Shown piece by piece: positions 47,293 through 56,632 of a DNA stretch of 64,000 bases; position 1 is the stretch's first letter; each line of letters opens with the position of its first letter. This DNA comes from Syntrophales bacterium (GTDB taxonomy: Bacteria; Desulfobacterota; Syntrophia; Syntrophales; UBA8958): contig DAOTJR010000009.1 in the NCBI GenBank assembly GCA_035448805.1, forward strand, positions 4,090 to 68,089, written 5' to 3'. The notes below the pieces were generated by a model that was not told the DNA's origin, made no database searches, and saw only the letters and a program-made list of their open reading frames with translations. The translations under genes were made by a program, and so were the position numbers.

Positions 47293-47404
47293 GGCGGGGC
47301 GGGCGATCGATGGTACGCGCAACTCCCCCTGCCGCCCGGCTTCCCGTCTTAGGTTTGCGGGGGACCGGGGATCGATGCCTTCGCCCCGCCGGAGGAGTAA
47401 AGAA

Positions 47405-48187
47405 ATGAGCGGACGATCTTCCCACTTTGTGGCTGTCGAGCATGTTTTCATGCATTTCGGCGGGATCGAGGCGGTATGCGATGTCTCCCTGACCGTGGCC
47501 CCGGGACAGATCTTCGGCCTCGTCGGCTCCGACGGGGCCGGTAAGTCCACTCTCTTAAGGATGATCGCCACGATGATCAAACCGGCGGCGGGAAGGATCA
47601 CCGTGGCCGGCCGGGACGTGGTGGCGGACAAGAAGTCGGTGAAGGATCTTATCGGCTACATGCCCCAGCGCTTCGGCCTCTATCCCGACTTGACGGTGGA
47701 TGAGAACCTCCGGTTCTTCATGGACATCTTCGGTATCCCCCGGGAGGAACGACAACGGCGGCGGGAGAAATACCTCGGTTTTTCCAACCTCCTGCCCTTC
47801 GCCGACCGGCCCGCCGGCGCCCTCTCCGGAGGAATGAAGCAGAAACTGGGGCTGGCCTGCGTCCTCGCCCACGAACCCCGCCTCCTCATCCTCGACGAAC
47901 CGACCAACGGCGTGGACCCGGTGTCCCGCCAGGAGTTCTGGGACATCCTCGGGGAGATGCGCCGGGAGGGCATGACGATCCTCGTCTCCACGGCCTATCT
48001 CGACGAGGGCGAAAAATGCGACACCCTGGCGCTCATGCACAAGGCGCAGATCATCGCTGTCGCCACACCCGTGGCGATCCGCACGGCCTTCCCCTCCCTG
48101 GAAGCGGCGATGATCGCCCGCCTCCAGGAGTTCGACCGGGAGATGGCGTCCGGCAGCAGCGGTTTCCGGAGCGCCGGACCGCCGTAA
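47405..48187 (+). CDS. ABC transporter ATP-binding protein (YbhF N-terminal-half-like)
   Basis: GGAGGAG precedes the ATG at 47405. GLVGSDGAGKSTLLRM, YMPQRFGLYPDLTVDENL, LSGGMKQKLGLACVL and LLILDEPTNGVDP closely track my recollection of E. coli YbhF NBD1. Confidence 0.88.
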   Translation: MSGRSSHFVAVEHVFMHFGGIEAVCDVSLTVAPGQIFGLVGSDGAGKSTLLRMIATMIKPAAGRITVAGRDVVADKKSVKDLIGYMPQRFGLYPDLTVDENLRFFMDIFGIPREERQRRREKYLGFSNLLPFADRPAGALSGGMKQKLGLACVLAHEPRLLILDEPTNGVDPVSRQEFWDILGEMRREGMTILVSTAYLDEGEKCDTLALMHKAQIIAVATPVAIRTAFPSLEAAMIARLQEFDREMASGSSGFRSAGPP

Positions 48188-48270
48188 CCCCGGTCAGGCG
48201 TAAAGACAGATGAATCTCCATGTTTGTCCGACACCAGCGAACGAAGAAAACGGTTTAAGGGAGACCGCGC

Positions 48271-48510
48271 CGATGTATTTTCATTCTGCCTTTTGCAAAG
48301 GATTTGGGAGCAGTCGCCCGTGGGCCGGCCGGTGTGTCCAACTGATGACGACATCGTCGTTTCTGTCATGACTTAGTATGAAAATACACCGGGGTGATTT
48401 CCATAAACCATTTTCATCCTTCGCGGGTGCCGCCCCGGCATGAAAATTTATATGAAAATGTCGGCAAGTGCCCGATTATTTTCATGCTTCGTGGTGCTCC
48501 ATGGGGCATG
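48271..48510. repeat. Cluster of three related AT-rich repeat units (copy B of the dispersed family)
   Basis: CGATGTATTTTCATTCTGCC (48271-48290). ATGAAAATACACC...ACCATTTTCATCCTTCGCGG (48378-48427). ATGAAAATGTCGGCAAGTGCCCGATTATTTTCATGCTTCGTGG (48452-48494). Each ATGAAAAT...ATTTTCAT pair is an inverted repeat. Confidence 0.7.
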
Positions 48511-48534
48511 ATGGTTTTTTAGAATTCATCATTT

Positions 48535-49317
48535 ATGGAACATAGAGGCAAACCCGCACCTCCCGGAGGAAACAACGCCAACCCCGCCGCCGCCGTCCGG
48601 GTCCACAACCTGGAGAAGCGCTTCGGCGACTTCGTGGCGGTCAACAGGGTGAGCTTTCAGGTGCGAAAGGGGGAGATCTTCGGATTTCTCGGCGCCAACG
48701 GATCGGGAAAATCCACGACGATCCGGATGCTCTGCGGCATCCTCACCCCCACCGCCGGGGAGGGAACGGTGGCGGGCTTCGACATCTTCCGGGAATCCGA
48801 GGCGATCAAGGGCGCCATCGGCTACATGTCCCAGAAATTCTCCCTCTATGAGGATCTCTCCCCCCTGGAAAACATCAAATTCTACCTGGGCATCTACAAC
48901 GTCACCCCCACTCGCTGGCCGGAACGGATCGACCGGATCATGGAGATGACCCAACTGGGGGACGTCCGGCATCGCCTCACCCGGGAGCTGCCCCCCGGGT
49001 GGCGGCAACGCCTCGCCCTGGGGTGCGCCCTCCTCCACGAACCGGACATCCTCTTTTTGGATGAACCGACCTCCGGCGTCGATCCCCTGACCCGGCAGCG
49101 CTTCTGGGAATTCATCCGCACCCTGGCCGCCCGGGGCATCACCGTCTTCGTCACCACCCACTACATGGACGAGGCCCGGTACTGTGAGCGGATCGTCATG
49201 CTCAACCAGGGAACCATCGTCGCGACAGGCAGCCCGGCGGAGATCGTCGCCCGGGCCTGCCCGGACCGGCGGGAAGCGGATTTGAACGATGCGTTCATCA
49301 CCCTGATGAGGAACTGA
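48535..49317 (+). CDS. ABC transporter ATP-binding protein (YbhF C-terminal-half-like)
   Basis: LEKRFGDFVAVNRVSFQVRKGEIFGFLGANGSGKSTTIRMLCGIL, YMSQKFSLYEDLSPLENI, LPPGWRQRLALGCALLHEPDILFLDEPTSGVDP. Confidence 0.9.
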   Translation: MEHRGKPAPPGGNNANPAAAVRVHNLEKRFGDFVAVNRVSFQVRKGEIFGFLGANGSGKSTTIRMLCGILTPTAGEGTVAGFDIFRESEAIKGAIGYMSQKFSLYEDLSPLENIKFYLGIYNVTPTRWPERIDRIMEMTQLGDVRHRLTRELPPGWRQRLALGCALLHEPDILFLDEPTSGVDPLTRQRFWEFIRTLAARGITVFVTTHYMDEARYCERIVMLNQGTIVATGSPAEIVARACPDRREADLNDAFITLMRN

Positions 49318-49330
49318 AGAGACCCCGGCG

Positions 49331-50464
49331 ATGCAACTGCGGAAGATCGGCGCCATTACCAGGAAGGAGTTCTACCATCTCATCCGGGACTACCGGAGTC
49401 TCTATCTCGCCTTCGCCATCCCCCTGATCCTGATCCTCCTGTTCGGGTACGCCCTCAGCCTCGATGTGGACAACATCCGGACCGTCGTCGTGGATTACGA
49501 TCGCACACCGCAAAGCCGGGAGCTCATCCGCCGCCTGGATGCCTCCCCCTATTTCCACGTCACCGCCCGTCCGGAAACCTCCCGGGAGGCGACAGGCTGG
49601 CTGGATCACGGCCGGGCGATCCTGGCGGTCATCATCCCGCCGGACTGGACAAAGAACATCCAGGCCGACCGGGAGGCGTCGCTCCAGATTCTCCTGGACG
49701 GCAGCGATCCCAATTTCGCCAACATCTCCGCCGGTTACATCACCGCCTTTCTGGAGCGGGAAAACACCGCCGCCCTCCAGCGGTTCCTCGACCGCCAGGG
49801 CCGGGAGCGAATGCAGCCCCCTTTGGAAGGCCGGATCCGCATCTGGTTCAACGAGGATCTGGAGAGCAGAAACTTCATCATCCCCGGAATCATCGCCGTC
49901 ATCATCATGATCGTCGGGGCCATGCTGACCTCTCTGGTCATCGCCCGGGAGTATGAAAACGGGACCATGGAAACCATCAAGTCCCTCCCGGTCAGCGCCG
50001 GGGAATTCATCGTCGGCAAAGCCATCCCCTATTTCTTCATCACCCTGGCCGATGTCCTCCTGGCCGTGCTCATGGGACAGGTCCTCTTCGGCATCGTCAT
50101 GAAGGCTAACTTCTGGCTCATGATCACCGCCTGCTCCCTCTACCTGGCCGTGGCCGTCTCCCTCGGGCTTTTCATCTCCGCCGCCGTGAAATCCCAGCTC
50201 GTGGCCAACCAGATCGCCCCGCTGGTCACTTTTCTCCCTTCCATGCTCCTGTCCGATTTCGTCTTTCCCGTTCTGAACATGCCCCCGGCCATCCAGATGC
50301 TCACCTATATCGTCCCGGCCCGCTACTTCATCGACATCCTGAAGGGCATCTACATGAAAGACCTCGGGCTCACCTACCTGTGGCCGAGTTTCCTCGTCCT
50401 GTTCTGTATGGCCGTGCTGCTGGCCGCCCTCAATATCGTCGTCCTGAAACGGGAGGGGATGTAG
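49331..50464 (+). CDS. ABC-2 type transporter permease (YbhS/YbhR-like)
   Basis: 377 aa. N-terminal TM, large periplasmic loop, then five TMs with the ABC-2 signature region EYENGTMETIKSLPVS. Confidence 0.88.
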   Translation: MQLRKIGAITRKEFYHLIRDYRSLYLAFAIPLILILLFGYALSLDVDNIRTVVVDYDRTPQSRELIRRLDASPYFHVTARPETSREATGWLDHGRAILAVIIPPDWTKNIQADREASLQILLDGSDPNFANISAGYITAFLERENTAALQRFLDRQGRERMQPPLEGRIRIWFNEDLESRNFIIPGIIAVIIMIVGAMLTSLVIAREYENGTMETIKSLPVSAGEFIVGKAIPYFFITLADVLLAVLMGQVLFGIVMKANFWLMITACSLYLAVAVSLGLFISAAVKSQLVANQIAPLVTFLPSMLLSDFVFPVLNMPPAIQMLTYIVPARYFIDILKGIYMKDLGLTYLWPSFLVLFCMAVLLAALNIVVLKREGM

Positions 50465-50465
50465 G

Positions 50466-51587
50466 ATGAGTTGGTTGAGGATCAGGGAACTGGTGCGCAA
50501 GGAATTCATCCAACTGTTCCGGGACCGGCGGAACCGCCCCATTCTCGTCGTGGCGCCGCTGGTCCAGATCCTGATCTTCGGTTATGTCGTGAATTTCGAC
50601 ATCCAAACCATCCGCGTCGCCCTCCTCGATCAATCCCGAACCGTCGAAAGCCGTACGGTCGTGGATGCCTTTCGGGCCAACCGCCTGTTTCAAATTAATA
50701 ATATCGTTAACAATTCCAGAGAGATGGAGGAGCTGCTCCTCCGGGGAAAGGCGGATATCGCCCTCAAGATCGGCCCCGATCTCGCCGAGAAGATCCGCCG
50801 GGGGCGGACGGCGGAGATCCAGATCCTTGCCGACGGCACGGTGAGCAACATGGCGGCGATCCGGGTTTCGTACGTCATGACGGTCATGGAGCGCTTGAAC
50901 CGCCGGTTCCTGAAAGACCTGTACCCGGTGCAGTTAACTTACGGACGCAGCGACGGCCGCCTCCGGACCTGGTATAACCCCAATCTTTACAGCCGTCATT
51001 TCTTCGTCCCGGGCATCGTCGCCTTCATCGTCATGCTCATTTCGCTCCTCTTCACCTCCATGGCGGTTATCAAGGAAAAGGAGGGTGGGACGATGGAACA
51101 GCTCGTCGTGACGCCCATGAAACCCTGGGAGTTCATCATGGGGAAAACCATCCCCTATATCGTCATCTCCCTGATCCAGATGACCTTTGTGCTCGTTTTC
51201 GCCGTTTACTGGTTCGAGCTGCCCATCCGGGGCAGTCTGCCTCTGTTTTTCCTCGCCATCGGCCTGTTTCTCATGAGCACTATGGGGATCGGGTTGTTCA
51301 TCTCCACCATTTCCGCCACCCAGCAGCAGGCCATGATGACCACCTTCTTCTTCATCCAGCCCTCGTTTCTTCTTTCCGGTTTCGTCTTCCCTATCGCCAA
51401 TATGCCCACGGCGGTCCAGTGGTTGACCTATCTGAACCCTTTCCGTTACATCCTCGTCATCATCCGGGGGATCTTTCTCAAGGGGGTGGGCCTGGACGTC
51501 CTATGGCCCCAGTACGCCGCCCTGACTATTCTGGGGCTGGCCGTCTTCACCGCGGCGGTCCTGCGTTTCCACAAACGGCTGGATTGA
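50466..51587 (+). CDS. ABC-2 type transporter permease (YbhS/YbhR-like), second copy
   Basis: 373 aa. Same architecture (EKEGGTMEQLVVTPMK). It begins 1 nt after the preceding stop. Confidence 0.88.
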   Translation: MSWLRIRELVRKEFIQLFRDRRNRPILVVAPLVQILIFGYVVNFDIQTIRVALLDQSRTVESRTVVDAFRANRLFQINNIVNNSREMEELLLRGKADIALKIGPDLAEKIRRGRTAEIQILADGTVSNMAAIRVSYVMTVMERLNRRFLKDLYPVQLTYGRSDGRLRTWYNPNLYSRHFFVPGIVAFIVMLISLLFTSMAVIKEKEGGTMEQLVVTPMKPWEFIMGKTIPYIVISLIQMTFVLVFAVYWFELPIRGSLPLFFLAIGLFLMSTMGIGLFISTISATQQQAMMTTFFFIQPSFLLSGFVFPIANMPTAVQWLTYLNPFRYILVIIRGIFLKGVGLDVLWPQYAALTILGLAVFTAAVLRFHKRLD

Positions 51588-51607
51588 GACCCGTGGAGGA
51601 AACGGCA

Positions 51608-51686
51608 GGAAAAACAGCTGACAAGTGCCCGATATTTTTTGTCTTTGTTTCTAAACCCCGGGGGCTTGAGGGGTTGGCGGCAAACC
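51608..51686. repeat. Dispersed intergenic repeat, copy C (internally shorter)
   Basis: GGAAAAACAGCTGACAAGTGCCCGATATTTTTTGTCTTTGTTTCTAAACCCCGGGGGCTTGAGGGGTTGGCGGCAAACC. It shares CAAGTGCCCGAT with copy B. It shares TTTC.TCTAAAC, GGGGTT and GGCGGCAAACC with copy A. AACCCC/GGGGTT can form a hairpin. Confidence 0.7.
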
Positions 51687-51750
51687 ACCGGTCCAGTAAG
51701 TTGCGCGCATCCGCAGGGTCATAAAGCGCCGCTCCGGGGGCGCGTTTCGC

Positions 51751-54700
51751 TTATTGCCCCGCCTTTTCCTTTTCCAGCACCTCCCTGACCTTCCGGGACA
51801 GGTCCTCCATCCGGAAGGGTTTTTGCAGAAAACCGTCACAGCCCCGGTCCATAATCTGTCGCGCCTGTCCGTCGAGACTGTAGCCGCTGGACAGCAGCAC
51901 CCGGATGTCCGGAGCGGCCTCTCGCAACCGGTCGAAGGTTTCCCCTCCCGACATTCCCGGCATGATCATATCCAGGATCACCAGCGCGATTGCCCGGCCC
52001 TTCTCCCGATAAACGGCGAGCGCCTCCGCCCCGCTGCCGGCCAAATAGACCCGATAGCCCAGGGACTCCAGCATCTCCCTGCCGATATCCAGGATTACTT
52101 GCTCGTCATCCACCAGCAGGATGCCCTCCGTGCCCCTCATCATTCCCGTGGTCTTTGTTGCTTCCTGCTCCGGAGTTTTCTCAGACGCGGGCAGAAAGAT
52201 GGAGAAGGTCGCTCCCTGACCGGGCGCGCTGTCCACATGGATCATGCCTCCATGGCCCTTGACGATGCCGTAAACCATCGCCAGTCCCAAACCCGCGCCG
52301 CGGCCCATCTGGCGGGTCGTGAAAAAAGGATCGAAAATCCGCCGGCGGGTGTTCTCATCCATACCGACGCCCGTATCCGTCACGACAATCCTGACGTAAG
52401 GTCCGGGGGGAAGTTCATGGGGGGTCACAAAGGCGGTATCGAGATGGACGTTTTCCGTCTCCAGAAAGAGGTCCCCGCCGCCGGGCATGGCCTGCCAGGC
52501 GTTGACGAAAAGATTGAGGAGGACCTGATCCATTTGCCCCCGGTCCACCTCCACGGGACGGAGACCCGGGGCGTACTTTTCGTGGATATGGATCTCCTTC
52601 TTGGTCCGTCCGAACATGGCGGCGGCATTCGCGATAATCTCGTTCATATCCGCAGGTTTCACCTCATAACGACCGCCCCGGGCGACCCCCAGCAACTGCC
52701 TGGTCAGATCGGCGCCGCTGGCCACCTGTTTCTCGATGGCCCGGAGCTTTTCGTAATGGGGATGGCCGGGAGGGAGATCCCGGAGCATCAGGGAGGCGTA
52801 GCCCTGGATCCCCATCAGGAGGTTGTTGAAATCATGGGCGATACCGCCGGCCAAGGTACCGATGGACTCCAGTTTCTGCGCCTGGATGAGCCGCTCCTCC
52901 AGTTGCTTTCTCGTCGCCTCGGCCTCCTTCCGGGCCGTGATGTCCCGGGTGCTGCCCTGGAGCCCCACAATCTCGCCCTCCTCGTCGTAGAGCCAGGACA
53001 CGGAAACCTCCACGTCCAGGAGCGAACCGTCTTTCTTGTTCTGTCTCAGTTCCAGGGTCCGACGTTCGGAGCGTTCTCCCCTGGGCTTCTGCAATTCCTC
53101 GGCGAGCAGCTCCAGCACCCAGGGCAGATCCTCCTTGTAAATATAACTCTCGATGGTCATGGTCATCGCCTCTTCCTGGGTATATCCGGCCTGCATCGTG
53201 ACGGAGGGGCTGACATAGGTGAAGCGGCCGTCCAAGGACATGGTCCAGATGACATCCGTGGAATTTTCCGCCAGGAGGCGGAACTTCTCTTCGCTCATAT
53301 GCAGGGACCGTTCCGCCCGTTTACGGTCGGTGATGTCCACCATGACCCCCACCAAGCCCGCCGGGGAACCGTCGGCGCCGTTATAGGTCGCCTTGTTCAC
53401 GACCACGTCGTGGGTGTTTCCGTCGGCATAAACGATGGGATGTTCATAGATCTGCCGCCCCGGGTTGCGGAACAATATCTGATCCATCTCCTGGTATTTG
53501 TGGGCTATTTCCGGGGGGAACAGTTCCTGGGCGCGCCGGCCGATGATCTCCTCTTTTTTCAAACCCGTATAGGCCTCGAATTCCCGATTGCAATCCAGGT
53601 AACGCCCATGGATATCCTTACAAAAAATCGGACTGGGAATCGTGTCGATCAGGGTCTGGAGAAAGTTCAGCATCTCCTTCGTTTGTCCCTCCGCCTGCTT
53701 GCGCTCGGTGATGTCGATGACGATGCCCCGGGTGCCGATGATCTTTCCCTCTCCCAGAACAGGAACGCTCTGCAGAAGGATGGGAAAGGTGGAACCATCC
53801 TTTCTGCGGCCCCGGTATTCCTGCAAACCGATGTCTTCGCCTTGGAGGCGGCGGCGGAAATTTTCCATCACCCGTTGGTGGTCTTCCTCGGCGATAATCA
53901 TCCAGCCGTCGATTCCCGCCTCCAGATCATCCCGAGAATAGCCGAAGAGATCCCTTGCCCGGTGGTTGGCATAGGTGAGGCGGAATCCTCCGTCCGTCTC
54001 AAAGATCACCACCGGCGAAAGGTCGGCGATATCCCGAAAGCGTGCCTCGCTCTCCCGCAGGGCTTCCTCCATCTCCTTGTGTTGGGAGATTTTGATCATG
54101 AGTTGGCTGTTGACCGCCTCCAGCTCCTCCGTACGTTCTGTGATCAGTTCTTCCAGGTGGCGGCGATATATGTTCAGTTCCCTCTCGGCATTGATCCGTT
54201 CCGTAACATCCCGGGCGATACCCCGGAAACCCGCCGGTTTTCCCCCCGGATCAGTGACGAGAGCTACGGAGACCTCGAGATGTCTCACGGCGCCGCCCTT
54301 TTGAACGATCCGGCATTCCAGGGTCTGCCGGGGAACGCCCGTCAAATATACCTCGCGGAAAGCCCGAAAGACATTTTGGGCGTTTTCCGGGTCCATGAAG
54401 CGCCGGTTGTTCATGCCGGCCAGCTCCTCCCGGGGGTAACCGATGATGGAACAAAGCGCCGGGTTGAAAAAGGTCAAATTGCCGGCGAGATCAACCTCGA
54501 AATAGCCTTCCTGGATGGACTCCAGGATGTTCCGATACTTCTCCTCGCTTTTTTGCAGGGTATTGATGATTTTATCCTGGTCGGTAATGTCGATCAGCGT
54601 GCCCACGGCATCAACCAAAGTGCCCTTTTCCATCCTCGGCCGGGTCCGGGTCCGTACCCATCGGAAGGTCCCCGCCTTGTTTTTCATGCGGTAGATCATG

Positions 54701-55050
54701 GGGTATTCCACCCCTGTGCCCAACTCCAGAAACCGCAACGCCAGGATATGCCGATCCCCGGGATGCACGAAGTCGAGGAAGTTTTTCCCGACAAGTTCCT
54801 CTTCACCGTAACCCCAAATATCTTTCACTCCGGGGCTTACATACGTCAGCACCCCCCGATGATCCACCATGAAGACCACATCGCTGATATTTTCCAGGAT
54901 ATGAACTAATTTCCCTTGCTTCTCCATTATGGCCGCTCTGTCTGCCAGGGCGGCTGCAAGTTCACGTTCCAACAACTCGATTCTTTCCTTCAGCACTGCC
55001 GGTTCTCCAGAAGCCGACGGGGAAGAATATGCCTCCTCTTTCATGATCAT
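51751..55050 (-). CDS. Multi-PAS hybrid sensor histidine kinase with C-terminal receiver
   Basis: 1099 aa. N-terminal coiled coil and at least five PAS/PAC-like repeats. HisKA H-box GGIAHDFNNLLMGIQGY. HATPase blocks (LLNLFVNAWQAM, DTGVGMD, GAGLGLAMV). REC domain (ILLVDDEQ..., VILDMIMPGMSG). Confidence 0.9.
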   Translation of the reverse strand: MIMKEEAYSSPSASGEPAVLKERIELLERELAAALADRAAIMEKQGKLVHILENISDVVFMVDHRGVLTYVSPGVKDIWGYGEEELVGKNFLDFVHPGDRHILALRFLELGTGVEYPMIYRMKNKAGTFRWVRTRTRPRMEKGTLVDAVGTLIDITDQDKIINTLQKSEEKYRNILESIQEGYFEVDLAGNLTFFNPALCSIIGYPREELAGMNNRRFMDPENAQNVFRAFREVYLTGVPRQTLECRIVQKGGAVRHLEVSVALVTDPGGKPAGFRGIARDVTERINAERELNIYRRHLEELITERTEELEAVNSQLMIKISQHKEMEEALRESEARFRDIADLSPVVIFETDGGFRLTYANHRARDLFGYSRDDLEAGIDGWMIIAEEDHQRVMENFRRRLQGEDIGLQEYRGRRKDGSTFPILLQSVPVLGEGKIIGTRGIVIDITERKQAEGQTKEMLNFLQTLIDTIPSPIFCKDIHGRYLDCNREFEAYTGLKKEEIIGRRAQELFPPEIAHKYQEMDQILFRNPGRQIYEHPIVYADGNTHDVVVNKATYNGADGSPAGLVGVMVDITDRKRAERSLHMSEEKFRLLAENSTDVIWTMSLDGRFTYVSPSVTMQAGYTQEEAMTMTIESYIYKEDLPWVLELLAEELQKPRGERSERRTLELRQNKKDGSLLDVEVSVSWLYDEEGEIVGLQGSTRDITARKEAEATRKQLEERLIQAQKLESIGTLAGGIAHDFNNLLMGIQGYASLMLRDLPPGHPHYEKLRAIEKQVASGADLTRQLLGVARGGRYEVKPADMNEIIANAAAMFGRTKKEIHIHEKYAPGLRPVEVDRGQMDQVLLNLFVNAWQAMPGGGDLFLETENVHLDTAFVTPHELPPGPYVRIVVTDTGVGMDENTRRRIFDPFFTTRQMGRGAGLGLAMVYGIVKGHGGMIHVDSAPGQGATFSIFLPASEKTPEQEATKTTGMMRGTEGILLVDDEQVILDIGREMLESLGYRVYLAGSGAEALAVYREKGRAIALVILDMIMPGMSGGETFDRLREAAPDIRVLLSSGYSLDGQARQIMDRGCDGFLQKPFRMEDLSRKVREVLEKEKAGQ

Positions 55051-55236
55051 ACCCCCAGCTCAATCTTGACGGGACAAAGGGAACCTTCCATATGTTGACT
55101 TATCAGCTGCTTGTTAATTTAGGTGAAGGAAAATATCAAGCATCTATCGGTCTTCAAGATTTCACTGGACGAAAAAAACGTTCTCGGGCAGGATAGGTGT
55201 CATAATTTCCGACGGGAACGAAGAGGAGGTCAGACC

Positions 55237-55800
55237 ATGAAACCTATTGGACCCTTGATGTGGGAACACCGCCTGATCGAAAAGATGCTGGAGGTGGTGA
55301 CCAGGGAAGCATCCCGAATGGAGGCCGCCGGGGAGGCGAATCCGGCCTTCATCGACACCGCCGTGGATTTCATCCGCACATATGCCGACCGAACCCATCA
55401 CGGCAAGGAAGAGGACATCCTCTTCCGGGAGCTGAAGAAAAAGAAACTCACCCCCGAACACGCCCGGATCATGGACGAGCTCATCCAGGAGCACGTCTAT
55501 TCCCGCCGGACGGTGGGAAAACTCGTGGCGGCAAAGGAACGCTATGTGGACGGTGACCGGGGGGCTGTCGGAGAGATCGTGGCCCTGCTCAAGGAACTGG
55601 CGTCGTTCTACCCCCGTCACATCGCCAAGGAGGACAAGCCCTTTTTCCATGAATGCCAGCGCTACTTCACCGACGCCGAGCTGGATGAAATGCTTGGGGA
55701 GTTCCGGGAGTTCGACCGGAAGATGATCCACGAGAAATACGAAAGGCTGCTGGAGTCCTTCACCGGGGAAAAGGCCTTCAAAGCGGGGCGGGCGTTGTGA
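55237..55800 (+). CDS. Hemerythrin-domain protein
   Basis: GAGGAGG precedes the ATG at 55237. MWEHRLIEKML, THHGKEEDILF, QEHV and HIAKEDKPFF fit the H/HxxxE/HxxxH/HxxxxD hemerythrin cation-binding pattern. Confidence 0.75.
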   Translation: MKPIGPLMWEHRLIEKMLEVVTREASRMEAAGEANPAFIDTAVDFIRTYADRTHHGKEEDILFRELKKKKLTPEHARIMDELIQEHVYSRRTVGKLVAAKERYVDGDRGAVGEIVALLKELASFYPRHIAKEDKPFFHECQRYFTDAELDEMLGEFREFDRKMIHEKYERLLESFTGEKAFKAGRAL

Positions 55801-55951
55801 TGCCGTCCGGGGAGCGTTTTACCCCTCCCCCGCCCTTTCGTCTCTCCGGCGGAAGGGAAAAAAGGAGGCGCATCCAGAAAACATTACGCGGCACGGATAC
55901 CGCGAGGGAGGGACAACGTGGCGAACAGGTCCATGGCGGGGCGGGAAAGCG

Positions 55952-56632
55952 ATGAATGATTACCGAATGCCCGAGGAGGTAAAGAGCGGTCACTGGTTTT
56001 ACGCGCTGTTGACCGGGCTGGCACCGAAACCGGAGGACGTGGTGGTCACCGGCACCCCCGAGGAAATGATCGCGGAAGCGGCAAAAAAGGCCTTCTGGGT
56101 CAGCACGTCCCTGGGTGCGGTCCCCGGCCCCCTGGGCCTGGCGACGATTCTTCCGGAAATCAGCGCCGTCACCAAGATCCAGATCGGCCTTGTCCATAAG
56201 ATCGCCAAGTACCACCACAAGCTGGAGACCCTGAATCACTCCATCTTGTTGCTCGTTTTCGCCAACGCCCTGGGACTGGCCGTGGGCAACCAGCTCGTAC
56301 GCCGGGTCGGGGTAAGATTGGTGGTCAGGGCCCTGAGCGCCCCGATCATCGAAAGGATCGCCCGGGCCATCGGTTTACAGATTGCCGCCAAGATCACCCA
56401 GCGGATCGCCGGCCGGTGGGTGGTGCTCATCGCCGCCCCGCTCTTCGGGTTGTTCTCCCGGAAGATGACCCAAAAGATCGGCCGGGAAGCCCAGGACCTC
56501 TTTGCCGGGGTGATCGAGATCGAGCTTACCCCTCCGGACATCCGGGGCCGGGAAATGCCTCCGGCTCCAGCTTTCAACCCCGAGAGCGGAAAGAAAGGGC
56601 CCGACGGCGACGGGCGGATTTACGACCTGTAG
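55952..56632 (+). CDS. Hypothetical protein, EcsC-like
   Basis: 226 aa. The segment LGAVPGPLGLATILPEISAVTKIQIGLVHKIAKYH resembles the conserved EcsC-family core as I recall it. The assignment is tentative. Confidence 0.5.
   Translation: MNDYRMPEEVKSGHWFYALLTGLAPKPEDVVVTGTPEEMIAEAAKKAFWVSTSLGAVPGPLGLATILPEISAVTKIQIGLVHKIAKYHHKLETLNHSILLLVFANALGLAVGNQLVRRVGVRLVVRALSAPIIERIARAIGLQIAAKITQRIAGRWVVLIAAPLFGLFSRKMTQKIGREAQDLFAGVIEIELTPPDIRGREMPPAPAFNPESGKKGPDGDGRIYDL

Noticed and set aside
48271-48510. CRISPR-like array
   Set aside because: There are only three imperfect units with irregular spacing (about 120 and about 70 nt). The repeats themselves differ, and there are no cas genes.
51754-54909. 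1051-aa ORF on the plus strand
   Set aside because: It is exactly antisense to the well-supported multi-PAS histidine kinase. Its translation is low-complexity, rich in Gly, Arg, Pro and His, and has no motifs. This is a typical shadow ORF of GC-rich coding DNA.
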